A stretch of DNA of 60,743 bases, counting the filler, from Sphacelaria rigidula (lineage: Eukaryota): NCBI GenBank assembly GCA_964200075.2. It is 4 parts of 4 records of this genome, joined end to end, with 100 filler letters (N's around TTAATTAATTAA, not from the genome) between each part and the next. Parts side by side here need not be neighbours in the genome. Positions count along the whole stretch, not along the records: positions 15,215 to 30,328 come from CAXNAA020001901.1; positions 30,429 to 45,539 come from CAXNAA020001902.1; 2 more parts are not named here. The stretch is one strand, 5' to 3'. Below, piece by piece: positions 25,101 to 37,000 of the stretch (positions within the stretch are counted from its first letter, which is position 1; each line of letters opens with the position of its first letter). The notes below the pieces were generated by a model. It searched no databases and was not told where the DNA came from. It saw only the letters and a program-made list of their open reading frames with translations. The position numbers and the translations under genes were made by a program.

Positions 25101-28100
25101 CAAATTACTGGGTAGGCACTCTCAGCAATACCTGGGTATAGAGAATCACTTGGGTATGACCTCAATACTCTACCAAATATTTTACCAAATTTTGGGTAGA
25201 TTATACGACCTCAAATACTCCACCCGAATTTGGGTCAGCACTCTTAGCAATACCTGGGTATGGAGGATCACGTGGGTATCACCTCAATACTCTACCCAAA
25301 AATTGGGTATGTTGGGTACGATCTAAACTACTGTGTACCCAAATTTTGGGTAGATTGGGCACGACTTCAACTTTCTACCCAAATGTTTGGGTGCAAGGAG
25401 TACGAGGTTTCAAAGTACGGAATATTGGGTATACCCCTACTCGACCTGCCCTTGAAAAAATAACTTCTTCCCGCTGTTGGGACCGAGATGTACAACCTTG
25501 GGTCAGGTTCGACTTTATTCACCTCGTAGGAAATAAAAGTTTCAAGGTCTGGACGCTGACAGAACATGAACCCCCTTGGAATGCTCCCGCTATCCCCGCG
25601 TCAGAAGTCTCATATTAGTTCTTCACTTGAAAAATAATAAAACATGGACACGACAAGCCGCATCCATGAGTACGGAAGGCCAAGGGGGTCTATTCAACCA
25701 CAAGTCAGGCACACACAGAAAAGTGTCACCCCGAGAAAAAACACAATTTCCACCCGTACGGGTTTACCGTTTTTTCACTCTTACTCTTACATAGAAGTTG
25801 CTACTGTGGTGCCTCGGCTCACTGTACAGCCTTGAAATGGAGGTGCTTCGGTCCGCTGCACTGTACTGTGCGGTTGTGCGTTCAACACGGAACTGAAAAA
25901 AAAACATCAGATTGGGGCAATACCTTGTTTGTGGGGAAATTTGTTGCTATCTGCACACTTTTTTCGCCTGAGTGGCATCTCAACTATGTTGTTTACGGTC
26001 CAAATTGGCGAGGGAATCAAGCTGAAACCACCAGCAACAGCTTACGTTTTGCATCAGCCCGTCTATGGTACACCACGGTGCGGGTAGTGCATGCAGTGAA
26101 GATATACACTGAACTTTGTTCAAGGCACGACGAGGTACATTTAGCTTAGGGTAATGCGATTCCGTTGCCCCGGGGATCTCAGAATGCCTTGGGATGGGAT
26201 AGGGGATGGCGTCGGCGCTATGATTTGACAAAGACGAAGGCGCGTTACGTTAGCCATCCCCTCCTTACATGTGCGCCAGAACGGGCAAAATCTGCCTCCC
26301 TATTTCGGCACCCCCTGTTCGTCACGCGAGACAAAATTCAAGGCGACACAGAGCAGCATGGCCTCCTGGGTGGTTCGACACCATACGCACGTACACACGT
26401 CGTGCGGGCTCGACTAACTTTCATGTTCTCGTCGTTTCAAATCTCTCCAGATAGTAACCATCGTAAACAGTTACATTCTCTATTGTACAACCGTACAGCG
26501 GTTCATTGCGGACAGTACGGTACCATGGAACAACATTAGTAGTACAGACAAGCACGCGGCGGGTTCGTCCTGGCTGTTGTTCGTGAACAACAAATATTCA
26601 CCGTGGATCGATAGTAGCAGTAATCGTTTCAAGTACAGGACAGTACCACACCCCGACTGACTCTCGTTACCGAGTCTGTAGTCGGCACAACCACGTACAG
26701 TACATCAGTACATTACGGTGGGCTGCAGCCCTCCTCGTTTCAGGCTGTAAAACAGAACGTGAGTCCAAGCAAAACAGAATTACATCTTGTGGCACAAAGA
26801 ATAGTCTTCTTAAAAATAGTGTGGGTCACACACACAGGGAAGTGGATCCGTTCGGGTGGAATCAGCGATTGTGGGTGCGGTCGGGTCAGTTTTGTCAAAT
26901 CCTAGCGCGCTCTGGGTAAAGAGTGCCTATTTGCACTCATGTCGCATCATCTTTGATCGGAAGACAAAGGTCCCATACTACAAATTGTCAGTCTTTGAGT
27001 TCCCCAGTACAGCACGTCGCGTTTCTATACATATTAGAATAAGATCGCGTGAACCGCAATGAGGTATACAGCCGTATGCGTTGGTTTGTTGACCTAGCTA
27101 TCTTCGCCCTTCAAGTCTGCAGGAACTCAGCTCCAGTAGGAAGGGATCGGTCAACTGCTTGTAGCACATAGTGTCGTCAGCCGAATGACAACTGCATGCG
27201 TTCGGCAATTCTGGAGCAGTGAACCAACGCTTCACCTTTGACTTGCAGGGTGAGCCGGGTATTGTTCGAAAGGCCTACTCACAGGCAGGTTTCTCGCCGA
27301 TGACCGTAGGACGTGTGCATTCGTAGTCGGTATCGAGAAAGTGCAATAAACGTCAACACGAAACTGGTCCGAGATGGTGTTAGGCGTGTTTTGGGGACCT
27401 CGAACTAACTCCGTGCCAGGCTGCAATATCTGCGCTGGAAACCCGTTCACGTGAGCCTTCACTCGATAAAAACTATTTCCGTGTGGACAACCACCCCACC
27501 AGATATACAAACAAAACAGTGCCTGTACATAATGTAGATTTCCGCCACCTCTACCTTAAATAGGGAGTGGGGTAGTATGCAGCGGTATGCTCAGGTGTTA
27601 CACGATGTAGAAACATCTGGGTGACTGACAACAACAAATTACTTCTTCATGCTGTAAGGGGGTGGTATGGGGGGCAACTTCGCTTATCAGCCGATTTCTC
27701 CTCGCTTCTAGTTTCCAAATCAACTTCTCTGAGTCGCGGTCCCCAGGCGCCAACATCAGGCGGACCAGTTACCTTGGGCATGGGCAACACATGAAATGTC
27801 CTGCGGCGCGATATCAGCCAAAACGCGGGCTGCGATCGCCGGGCTGGTCACTGAGACTGCGAACTCTCCAAAAATCCGACTGATCATCTACACCATCAAC
27901 AACTTGTTTTCAACCATGTGCCTCGTCGCCGCCTTCCGTGTAGGCTTCACAACATGCTGCTTTCTCACGTTGAGCCCAGCGGAAGACCACTTGGGCCTGC
28001 AGTTTAAGGCAACGATATAAGTACGCGGGCCAGGCATGCTTACTGCACAACCCTGTACTGTGCTGGATGGCATATTTCCATGCAGCAATGGCCTGTAAGT

Positions 28101-28597
28101 TACGTTTTTGCACGGTTTCCGATTTCACCGTAGAATAGCAAGATGTTGCGCTGCTGGATGACCGACCGCAGCACAGCACTGTCTGTGGAGTAAAAGCATC
28201 ATGTTTGGTGTCGGTACCGGGCAATGTCTGTATCATACCGTATATCTGTGTGGAAAGCGTTGGCCTCCACAAACAATGGAAGTTTAGGCTGTCTCAGTCA
28301 TTTCGAGGGTTTGGAGCTGAGCACAAGAGCGGCAGGCATCAAGCATCACGTACATAATTGAGAACGGCGTTGCGGTGTACAAGCCACCGACTGTTACGTA
28401 CAGTAGAGACTGTCCTGCTCCACCTCTATCGATGCTGTTACTGATTTACTACAGACCAGTCGCATTAGCAACCTATTTTGCCTTACCTTAACCGGCACTA
28501 GCTGTTCCTCATCAACCGCAGTACCCTCTTCATCTTTCACTCCAACCGATTCCGAGAGCTTGGTTTTCGACGACACCTTCCCCGGCGACTTCTTCAT
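16127..28597 (-). CDS. HAS1: ATP-dependent DEAD-box RNA helicase HAS1/DDX18, ~601 aa, 14 exons
   Basis: Exons: 28597-28487 (putative first, GCCATG...K|GTAAG), 22769-22491, 22143-22045, 21626-21461, 20943-20870, 20532-20374, 19943-19848, 19449-19369, 19102-18968, 18463-18312, 17642-17582, 17324-17217, 16803-16687, 16294-16127. All GT-AG and phase-consistent (1806 nt). Motifs [51 protein letters not shown]1-type C-terminus ([31 protein letters not shown]). Confidence 0.95.
17895..18310. mobile_element. hAT-type MITE, 416 bp, with perfect 8-bp TSD, sitting on a HAS1 splice donor
   Basis: TIRs TAGAGCTCGGAAATGGT and ACCATTTCCGAGCCCTA match 16/17. TSD CCTTCCCT at 17887-17894 and 18311-18318. Subterminal AATGGT/ACCATT repeats and a GC-rich core. 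Confidence 0.93.
23515..24372. mobile_element. Older copy of the 24993-25454 element, split by a ~590-bp insertion
   Basis: 23515-23722 aligns to ~25005-25200 and 24314-24372 aligns to ~25335-25392 (GGGTATGACCTCAATACTCTAC / GGGTAAGTTGGGTACGAC motifs). Confidence 0.7.
23830..24290 (-). mobile_element. Dispersed repeat with a tRNA-like module (second family)
   Basis: Homologous to 51950-52410 (GGTAAC.CACG...CTGAATG...AAAAAAATGTACTGCATAAT...GTCGGGA.TTG.ACTC.TGAC...AATTTCAGCG.CCAAC). The minus strand carries B-box-like GAGTTCAAATCC. Confidence 0.7.
24993..25454. mobile_element. hAT-like non-autonomous element with internal tandem repeats, in HAS1 intron 1
   Basis: Ends CAGGGGCAGGTC and GACCTGCCCTTG match 11/12. 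Interior repeats GGGTAYGACCTCAATACTCTACCCAAA-like units. No TSD seen. Confidence 0.7.
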
Positions 28598-30269
28598 GGC
28601 CTTTGACTATGTTGTGCTCTAGCAGAGAACGCTATAGAGACACCGACGACCAGTAAATCCGCGGCCGCTGCTGATTATTGTCATTGTCCACACTTGACAC
28701 CTGGTACTTTTAATCTTCTTCCAGGATCCTACGTGTACATATACGTGTACATAATAATTCGTCATGGTGGGACGAGGGAGAGGTTCCAAGACTGTGGGAA
28801 GTACGATGTTGTGAAGACTATCCACAAAGCGAAGGACAGGACTAAAATGGAGTGCGGGGGGCATGCTGTAAGAGTAGCACGCGCGGGCGAAGTGCTCAAA
28901 ATCATCGCGGAGCGATTGAACGCTCACGTGACCGTGAAAAACTCCTCGAGGGACAGTCCCCAGTCAGAGGTGAACAGCGAATGAGCCACGGCCGACATGG
29001 TGTCCATGATACGGATTACAAGAAGACTCTGCTGTGCATCCGCTTGATAGAGCTCGTGAAAACGTACAACTCGGCCGATCGCACCGTACTCTCAGCTGTG
29101 CTTGCGCGGTTTGATGTACCCGCGACATTATGATCGAAGACACCCGCGATGGGACAACTGGTCCGTGTGGTATGTAGGCATGGACGATGATCACTCATGA
29201 GGAATCCAAGCAAATCGGTGCTGTCACGCATACCCTTCGGGGAAACGGAAGACGGGAAACCCCCCAAAATAGTTTCAAGAGGGTCGGGGGGCATGATGCC
29301 GTCCATGTGAAATCATTTTTTGTTACTTTATGTCAGGGAAAGACTGTTTTAGGGTTGAAACCATTTCTACGTCCAACCCAATTTTCTCATCCTCTCTTGG
29401 CACATCGACGGGCATCAAGTTCCAAGAGAAATGACAGTTTTTTCTAGGTTCAACCATTCTTGACCGGTCTTGAACAAAAATGCTAATTTGGCCAAAAAAA
29501 TGCGGCCACCGGAAAACCCGAAGTTGTCCTGGAACTGTTCCAACGAGGACCGCAAATCATTCCAAGGTGTTGAACTTTGCTCAGCTCTCTTGTAGGGCTT
29601 CAAACAACCACGAATAACCAAAATAGATTTTTTACAGGACTTTTTTTGTTTGCCATACGTTTGAAGCGGCCGAACTCGAGAAAAAAAACTCGGACAAGGT
29701 CCTGATGGCTTTATTCTCATTTTGCCCTTGCGATACTTCATGCCCAATTTCAAAGCACAACTCTCAAAACTGAGACGCGAAATCCAGATTTATTTGGTGT
29801 ATACAGTGTCTTTACTCGTAATATATTGGGTTGATAGTATAGAATCTTGTGCACATACGCCGTACCTCTAGATGGATAACGAATCAGGTGAAGACGAGGG
29901 TATCAATCGTCCAATCGTTTCCCCGTGCTCTAAGAGATGTTCACACCAAAGATCCCCATCATCCGCTGCACATACCGTTTGATATTTCATACAGACTTTA
30001 ATACGGTAAATACCATATCTCCGTACGGTATAGGAATTACTTGACTTGGTGTTCAATCAACGAGAAAGAATTGACGCAGGCTTTGAGGAAATAGACATCT
30101 TCCCCTTGGTTATATAGTTAATTATATAGCTCTTTGGGGACCACGGCCCAATTCGTTTGTGTCGATGGCATATGGCTATGAGAGCTTAAATCCGTTCTCA
30201 AGATGGCCCAGCTTGTAGATTGATCGAGCGTTGAGGTTACTGCTGTTGCTGCGAGAAACACTCTGTGTG

Positions 30270-30328
30270 TTGTGTGTGTGTGTTGTCGTCCCATTTATTC
30301 TGGGCACCAGTCTACACCTTTCGGTATA
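30270..30328 (+). repeat. High-copy dispersed repeat at a contig end
   Basis: TGTGTGTTGTCGTCCCATTTATTCTGGGCACCAGTCTACACCTTTCGGTATA; near-identical reverse complement at 45676-45733 and a diverged copy at 32860-32940. Confidence 0.85.
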
Positions 30329-30428
30329 NNNNNNNNNNNNNNNNNNNNNNNNNNNNNNNNNNNNNNNNNNNNTTAATTAATTAANNNNNNNNNNNNNNNN
30401 NNNNNNNNNNNNNNNNNNNNNNNNNNNN
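30329..30428. other. Artificial contig-joining linker
   Basis: N44-TTAATTAATTAA-N44. Confidence 0.97.
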
Positions 30429-30498
30429 GGGCGCCGGTCCGAAAGGGATGCGGAGGCAATGGCCAAGCGACAAAGGCAAAAAACGAAAGAGTACGCCG

Positions 30499-30526
30499 CC
30501 CCCCCCCCCCCCCCCCCCCCCCCCCC
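30499..30526. repeat. Poly-C tract (28 nt)
   Basis: Read directly. Confidence 0.95.
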
Positions 30527-31254
30527 ATGGGTTGACGTCGGATGGCAACGACGCTGTAAAACACGCCACTCCATGCGTAAGCTGGGCAACCAGGCTACCC
30601 TTTTTTTGCCGTGCCCATGATGGTGGGCGAGCTAAATCATGGTGTGCGGGATGAAAGGATCTCAATTCTGCGCAAAGTGGATGATCGTACTACGTGATAT
30701 TGAAATGATGAGACACCCATGAAACAGTGTGGAACCAATGGCTGTCCCTAGAAGAGGCGATACCAGAAAACGAAGCGACTCATTCAAAGCTGTCATTTAT
30801 ACGCAAGATAATCAGTACGCTTCGGGCCCAACAATCTTAGCAGGATGCAGCTCACTCTTCAGGGTGATGCTACGGTAGGGGTACACAAATCTTTCCTGAG
30901 GTTAGAATTGTTAGGAGCTCTTTATCTCATCCAAAACACGACTCACGAAAATATGCGAGAGTACGCCAGGATTACGACTACAATGTGCTGGGAATATCCC
31001 GAATTAATCTGCAAACGGGGGTGCCCTGACCCATATTCTTGTGCTTCTAGAATCGTTACGAGCCCCTGAACCAGACAAAATTTCGCGAAAAAAGTGCACC
31101 CCTACCAAGGGTATGTCAAAAATATATTTCGGAACACGTACGCCCCAAAATCGAAAATTCGAGTTTTGGAGGGGGGGGGGACACCCAGCCGTGTTTCCCT
31201 GGTTTTTCGCCGAGGTGTTGGCGGATGCGGTCAGCTGCCGTATATAGTAGAGAT

Positions 31255-31575
31255 CCTTATACATGATATGTCATATATTATATTATATCATATACTATAT
31301 ACTATATTACATATCATATATGTTTCATATACTATGCCATATAATATAGGTCAATATTATTACAGGTCTATATTACACATATGCTTATTTTCCTTAATAT
31401 ATACTATATATTGATATATTATATAATTATATATATATGAATATTCATCAAGGGGCAGCATATACTATATTATACAATTATATATTAATATATATAGATG
31501 CTATACAATATATGACATGTGATCCTTATATTATATATATTTATATAATATATATTATGAACATATAAATAAAAA
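31255..31575. repeat. AT-rich degenerate (TA)n low-complexity tract
   Basis: About 320 bp dominated by TATA/TATTA runs. Confidence 0.9.
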
Positions 31576-31948
31576 TGTGAAGGAGCAGAAGCGAACATAT
31601 ACCCCGCAAAGCCCTCCGAACTCCTCGGATTTTGTCAATCTTCGTTGCTTAATTTCTTGCAACAAAGTTAATAGAAAATATTGCCCTCCGGCATCTGAGG
31701 TCATCGGGACAGAACGGGCAAGGAGCAGAAACAGATACACGAACCCCACAAAGCCCACTAGACTTTTCCGTTTTTGTCAGCGTTTATTCATCAATTTCTT
31801 GTAACAAAATTAGCAGACATAATCAAAACAGTGCTGTTTATTGATAAATTCCTTGCGAGAAACTCGACAAAAAAATCGAAAAAATACCCTCCGGGAGGGG
31901 GGGGGGCGGGGTGGCCTACGTGTCCGATTTTTTTCGCTCGACAGACCC

Positions 31949-32086
31949 TTGCTCCTACCGTAGCATCGCTCTTCATGCGACTCGCCGAACACATCACTGC
32001 GCTTCGCGCTGGGTGACTGCGAGCCTGGTCCGGCGAAAATCCGGCGTTCTCCGTCCCGACTTTGTAGGGATGCTAAGCCAATGGTC
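31949..32086 (+). repeat. ~130-bp dispersed repeat, copy 1 of 3 in this contig
   Basis: CTTCATGCGACTCGCC...CCTGGTCCGGCGAAAA...AATGGTC; also at 42901-43050 (-) and 45230-45340 (+). Confidence 0.85.
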
Positions 32087-32859
32087 ATCTGACTACGGCA
32101 TGCAAGATCATGAGTACCTCCTCCCGCCTTCCCCCGTCCTTCCTTTGTCCTCGTTGTCACGACTTGTTCTACTCGTCTCGGTACTTATCTGATTGTACGC
32201 ACCCCTCAGCTGGTGGCTCATACAGTAGCAGGACCGATGATGGTCACCCTCGCCCCGACGACAACGCTGGGCACACACGGGCAACTATTGATGGCCCTCA
32301 ATGAATCTTGTTGTAGACTCATTGCCCCTCCATCTCATGGTTACTTCTCTACTCCGCAGCTATCACTGACTCTGTACGCCTGCAACGCTACACGCATGTC
32401 TGCACGGCGCCGCTCGGAACGAGCGATGCACAACAACAGCACACACATGCGACAGCCAACAAAAGGAAGCCAGGAGTATCCATGCGGGTACAGCCGTTTT
32501 CTTCGGAGTATGTCAAGTCCATTCAGCATGAATCAACACAGGCTGACGGTAATAGAATGATGTTGTCTCTAGCCCCACATCCAAAGCGGTGTCGGATGCA
32601 GCAAGCTATAGCCGAATGTATATTGCAACGGCAACCCCCGCCACTACAACCGTACTCGTACGGCGTTTACGGGGGCGCCCAAAGAGAAAGCTGGGTATAC
32701 CAACCCGCATACCCATCGACAGCAGCACTTGTGAAGCCATCTTTGTCCTGGATATGATCCCGCCGCCGCCCTGTACTGTACTGCACTGCGGCTGCAGGCG
32801 CGAGAAGGCCAGCATGAAAGATCCATACATACTACTAATCAGGTTTGTGCTGCGTGCGT

Positions 32860-32940
32860 TTGTTGTGTCGTCTCATTTATTCTGGACGCCGGTCTACAGT
32901 ACACCTTGCGGTATATGTGGGCGCACCAGCCGGGGTCGTT
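32860..32940 (+). repeat. Diverged copy of the 30270-30328 repeat
   Basis: TGTCGTCTCATTTATTCTGGACGCCGGTCTAC...CACCTTGCGGTATA. Confidence 0.75.
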
Positions 32941-34059
32941 ATAAAATAATTAGACTGTCATCAGCTATCCTCTCGTTGCTCGGTCTTCATTTTCCCTCGC
33001 CAGCTTACAACAGCCACGGACAGTAGCTGCAGTGGAGCTAGAAAAAATATACAAGCAGCGTCTATCACATTTTTATTTTTACAAGCACCAAGTGACTCAT
33101 CAAGCAAGTGTACTTCACAGGAAGTATGGTTCGAAAGGAAGCGGCAACAAATCACGCGGTCGCACACGCAAGAGAGATGACTGTCGACGTTTCTCGTAGC
33201 TTTGTGATGCGTTTTGTGTAGAGCGCTTGACTGTCTCCGCCGTTGTACCCGAATAGCTCGTGATTAAACTTGCTGTCGCGGTACCGGCTGTTCTACGAGT
33301 AAATTTATGGATGTGCCACGGACGCCGAAGGTAGGTGTGGCACATCGACCCGCTGTGAGCGTCCTAATTTCGACCCAAATCTCAGTTTTCGACTTTGCGC
33401 AAATAATCAAATTGTTACGATGTCACTGCTGAGCACCGATATGACAGGCCCCCGCACGCCCCCTCATGATGTAGGATTCCACCAGTACCCTGGCTGTGCA
33501 CGTTCGAACATCATACCTACAGCTACACCATGGAGTGTGAAGGTGTGTGATGAGTTCGCGCGTACCGTTTGACGCCGGTTGAAAAGCTTCTTTGAAAAAA
33601 AAAACGCCCAGGTTTATCCGCTCGGTTGCACGACAAAAAATTGCAGTATCGTCACTATTTTCCCAGATCACAACCTGGGTGGATAATGTAAGGCCCTGAT
33701 TGAGGATGGTAATGTTTCAACATCAGCACGGGCTACTGCTATAACGTCCCGATGGTTTGGAGCATTTGGCAGGCTCACCAGCTATGAGCGGATCATCCAT
33801 GGGGAGCGAACGCAACGCGTACCGCCACCAGAGTAACGGCTGCAATAGTTCGAAACAAAATTCACCAACACTAATAAGAAAACGATATAAGTTACAGCTT
33901 GCATTTCTTAGCTGCACGGAGGGTACCAGTTTCCCGCTACAACTAACACCACCAAAGCAGGCAGTTCACACGTAAGTTTTCCGACCAGCCCAAAAGTACT
34001 TCCAGTTTACCCACTCAACACCACCTCTCGGACACAGCACATTACCCCAAAATATACCA

Positions 34060-37000
34060 TCATCGGCCATGGCCCTCCACCGCACGCTTAACCGCGAGAG
34101 ACAACTTGGACGGCAGCGAGGAATTGTCAGAGTACACATCAACCACGGCTCTGCCCGTATCAGCCGTCACAGCCACGCGGATGAACACCCTGTCGGACAT
34201 GGAACCCGCCAAGGAACACGCAGAAAACCACAATTGCTGCTCCTGCTGCTGCCCAGCGGGGTCACGTGTCTGAACCGCAGCAGCATTGACAGCTCGGAGA
34301 GTTCGTGCGGGTATTCGTTGAATGTCCGCGGGGGCAACCTGTGCGCAAAATCGTATACCAGGAGGGGGTGTTGCTGCTGTTAGGGAGGGGGATAAGTTGT
34401 CAGCTTTTCCCAGTGTCTCGCTGGGTATCAGGGTGTGGGGGGTGAAGATAATTATTGAGTTGGTGTAGGCAAAGTTCATGTGGCAGCTCCGGAAGGGCAT
34501 GACTTCGCACTTATTCATGGCTGAGGATGGTTACATGAACGTGCCGTGCATGTCCAACTGTGTGTACCACACATGAGTGTGCAGCCCCAGCTATCATGGC
34601 TGAGACATGGACAAGAGTCACTGTCGGGTCTGACGATTTTAGGCCCCGGAAATGGTGTTTTGTAGTTCAGGGAAACACTCGGAAAACTCCCTAGGACAGC
34701 ATGGTACGAGTGATGACAAAATTACCAGATGAGGAGATAACGAAATGGAGTAGGGCACTTTATGGTACGGGGTGCTGGTATTCGTCAGTTACACTACAGT
34801 ATGTGCTACTAGTAACTGACGACAAGTCCAGGCTTTTTGTTTATTCACGTCCATGTTATATGTATATAGTGCTGTCTACTCAAAACTGCCTTAAGCTCGG
34901 CTGCACGTCGAGATACCACTATCCAAGTGTATCCTATGCACCCATGCAGCCAGTGCTGTCCCCACAGAGCTAAAATGCACCATGTGGGTGTCTGTAGCAA
35001 GCGCTTGCAAGTGCTCTTTGTCTGCCGCTGCTGCGGGCGGGGAGCACGTGCCTACAACGTGCCTACAATTTCCCACTACACGTTCTCTAATTTACGTGGT
35101 TGCTGCCTGCAACATTTTGAATTAGCTGGCACTTCATACTCTTCGAGTGTCGCTCTTCGTATCCAAGTCGTTGACTTGTGTTTCTTTTGCTGTACTACAT
35201 GAAAAATGGATGGAGTTCAAAAAAATATGGTGCGCGCTACGCGATTGCTTGACCCTTTGACGGGGAGCCCTGTCCCGGAACGGTTCAGGGGGCTAACAGT
35301 CCCTGTATATCCAGGGGTTTCCAGGAGGTGGGGAAAGTGGATTTGAGGTGTGTGGGGGTACCTGGTCACACATTAACCGAAGCTTCCAAACTCAACCATT
35401 TCTACCTGAAGCTTTCAAAGAAAAATTCTGCGGCACCCACCAAGCCGGGAAGGAACACATACAGCGTCTCCTCGAAAATGAGGTTGAACATTAAAAAGAG
35501 GTTCAAACCCCGTTTGGATTTTCCAAAAGTCTGTCAAGACAGTTTGAAAAAAGTTTGGTTCTGTTAAAAGCCAAGTAGGTGCGGCGACGTGCACCCAACT
35601 AACGCGGTGTACACGTGTGTAGATAACGATGCCACCGGAGAAGCAATAGCGGAGAGGAAGCTTCTCACCCGTTCCCTTGTGTGTCTTCGGTCGGCGATTC
35701 CTCATCACTGGAGAAAATTGCACACCCTGGACAACATATTAAATTGCAAAAAATGTACTGCGTACAGCATGGAATCTTTTGTATATTGCAATAGGCGCAA
35801 TAGTCGATACTGTACGCCATAAACTTTTTGATTGTATTCTCATGTCCAGGGTGTGAGAAATTGGCATTATGTTACCACCACATACTCACTTCACCATCCC
35901 TTTCGTCGGCACAAAAACGGCAGGCGAATTGTAATTGTAGTGAACTTCCCCCTATAAGATGCGGCTTGGCTTCCTGCATCTTGATTGATGCATTCGTGTC
36001 TCGTCTGTGGCGCTCACCAACGCAAATATGGATCCCTTTTTGCCTCTCGTTTTGGACAGGACGTGCCGCTGCGTGCTACAAAACACGTCGTCGAAAAACA
36101 GGGCGATGTTCCCGTCTTCGCTATCCCGTTGTCATGTGCACGCGCGAGCAACGATCGTTCCGCGAAGATCCAATCGCGCGCGCGTGTGTGTAGGGGGGGG
36201 TTGCCATTTATTTTGCCCCACGCTTGGCACAAGGACGGTCGTACACATTCGGGTTGGGGGAATGTCCTAGAGATCACACGCCCACGGAGCGTTTCTTGCC
36301 GTGCGGAGTGAAACAGGATACCTTTACCAGTGACTTAGCTGCTGCTGGCGTGGCCCACATGGGGGCTGGCATACTGTAATCTGTGCTGCAGCGTGTCTTA
36401 CGTGATGTACAGTCGATGCGCATCATTGTGCTGGGTCGTGTCTTTAAATTTCCGACTCTGCGAAGACCATCGCAAGCTTTTGCTTGACGCGAGATATGGC
36501 TCTACCGGGAGCAGTGGCGTTCTTACAGTATATCAATTACTCGCCGGCTCATTGTGGCCCACGCCGTCAAGCGCTGACCAAAAAAGTATTGTCTGAGATA
36601 GATCAGCTTTCAAGAAGCGCAGCTGAAACAAGCCCAGACAATTCGTTGTTACTGAGTGCCTGTAGAATTCCGTTTCTGTATAAATTACTGATACAAACAG
36701 CTTCTGACCTTCAAACTAATTTGATACCCTCAAAACGGCTGTCAACAGTTGACAAGAAGCGCTCTCCTCCGCTCCCGTCGGATGTGATATAAAACGATGC
36801 CACCCTTCCGTCAAACGTATGGGGAATTGTTGTATAGCGATTAGTATAGAATCCAAGGGAAGTGCATTCGTTCATGTTCGTAGTAGAATGCTTGCTGCTG
36901 GGAACGCTTCGCAGGTTAAAAATTGGGAAAATTCATTCGTTGAAAACTGCTGGTCCTCGACGATTTTTCCTGGGGCTCCAAGATAGTGTGGCATCGTTTG

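Noticed and set aside
27660-29310. Additional genes or pseudogenes near HAS1 exon 1
   Set aside because: Some stretches look protein-like, but I found no recognisable motif or consistent exon chain. BLASTX would decide.
32200-32760. Decayed retroelement coding sequence
   Set aside because: No RT, integrase or endonuclease motif is recognisable in any frame.
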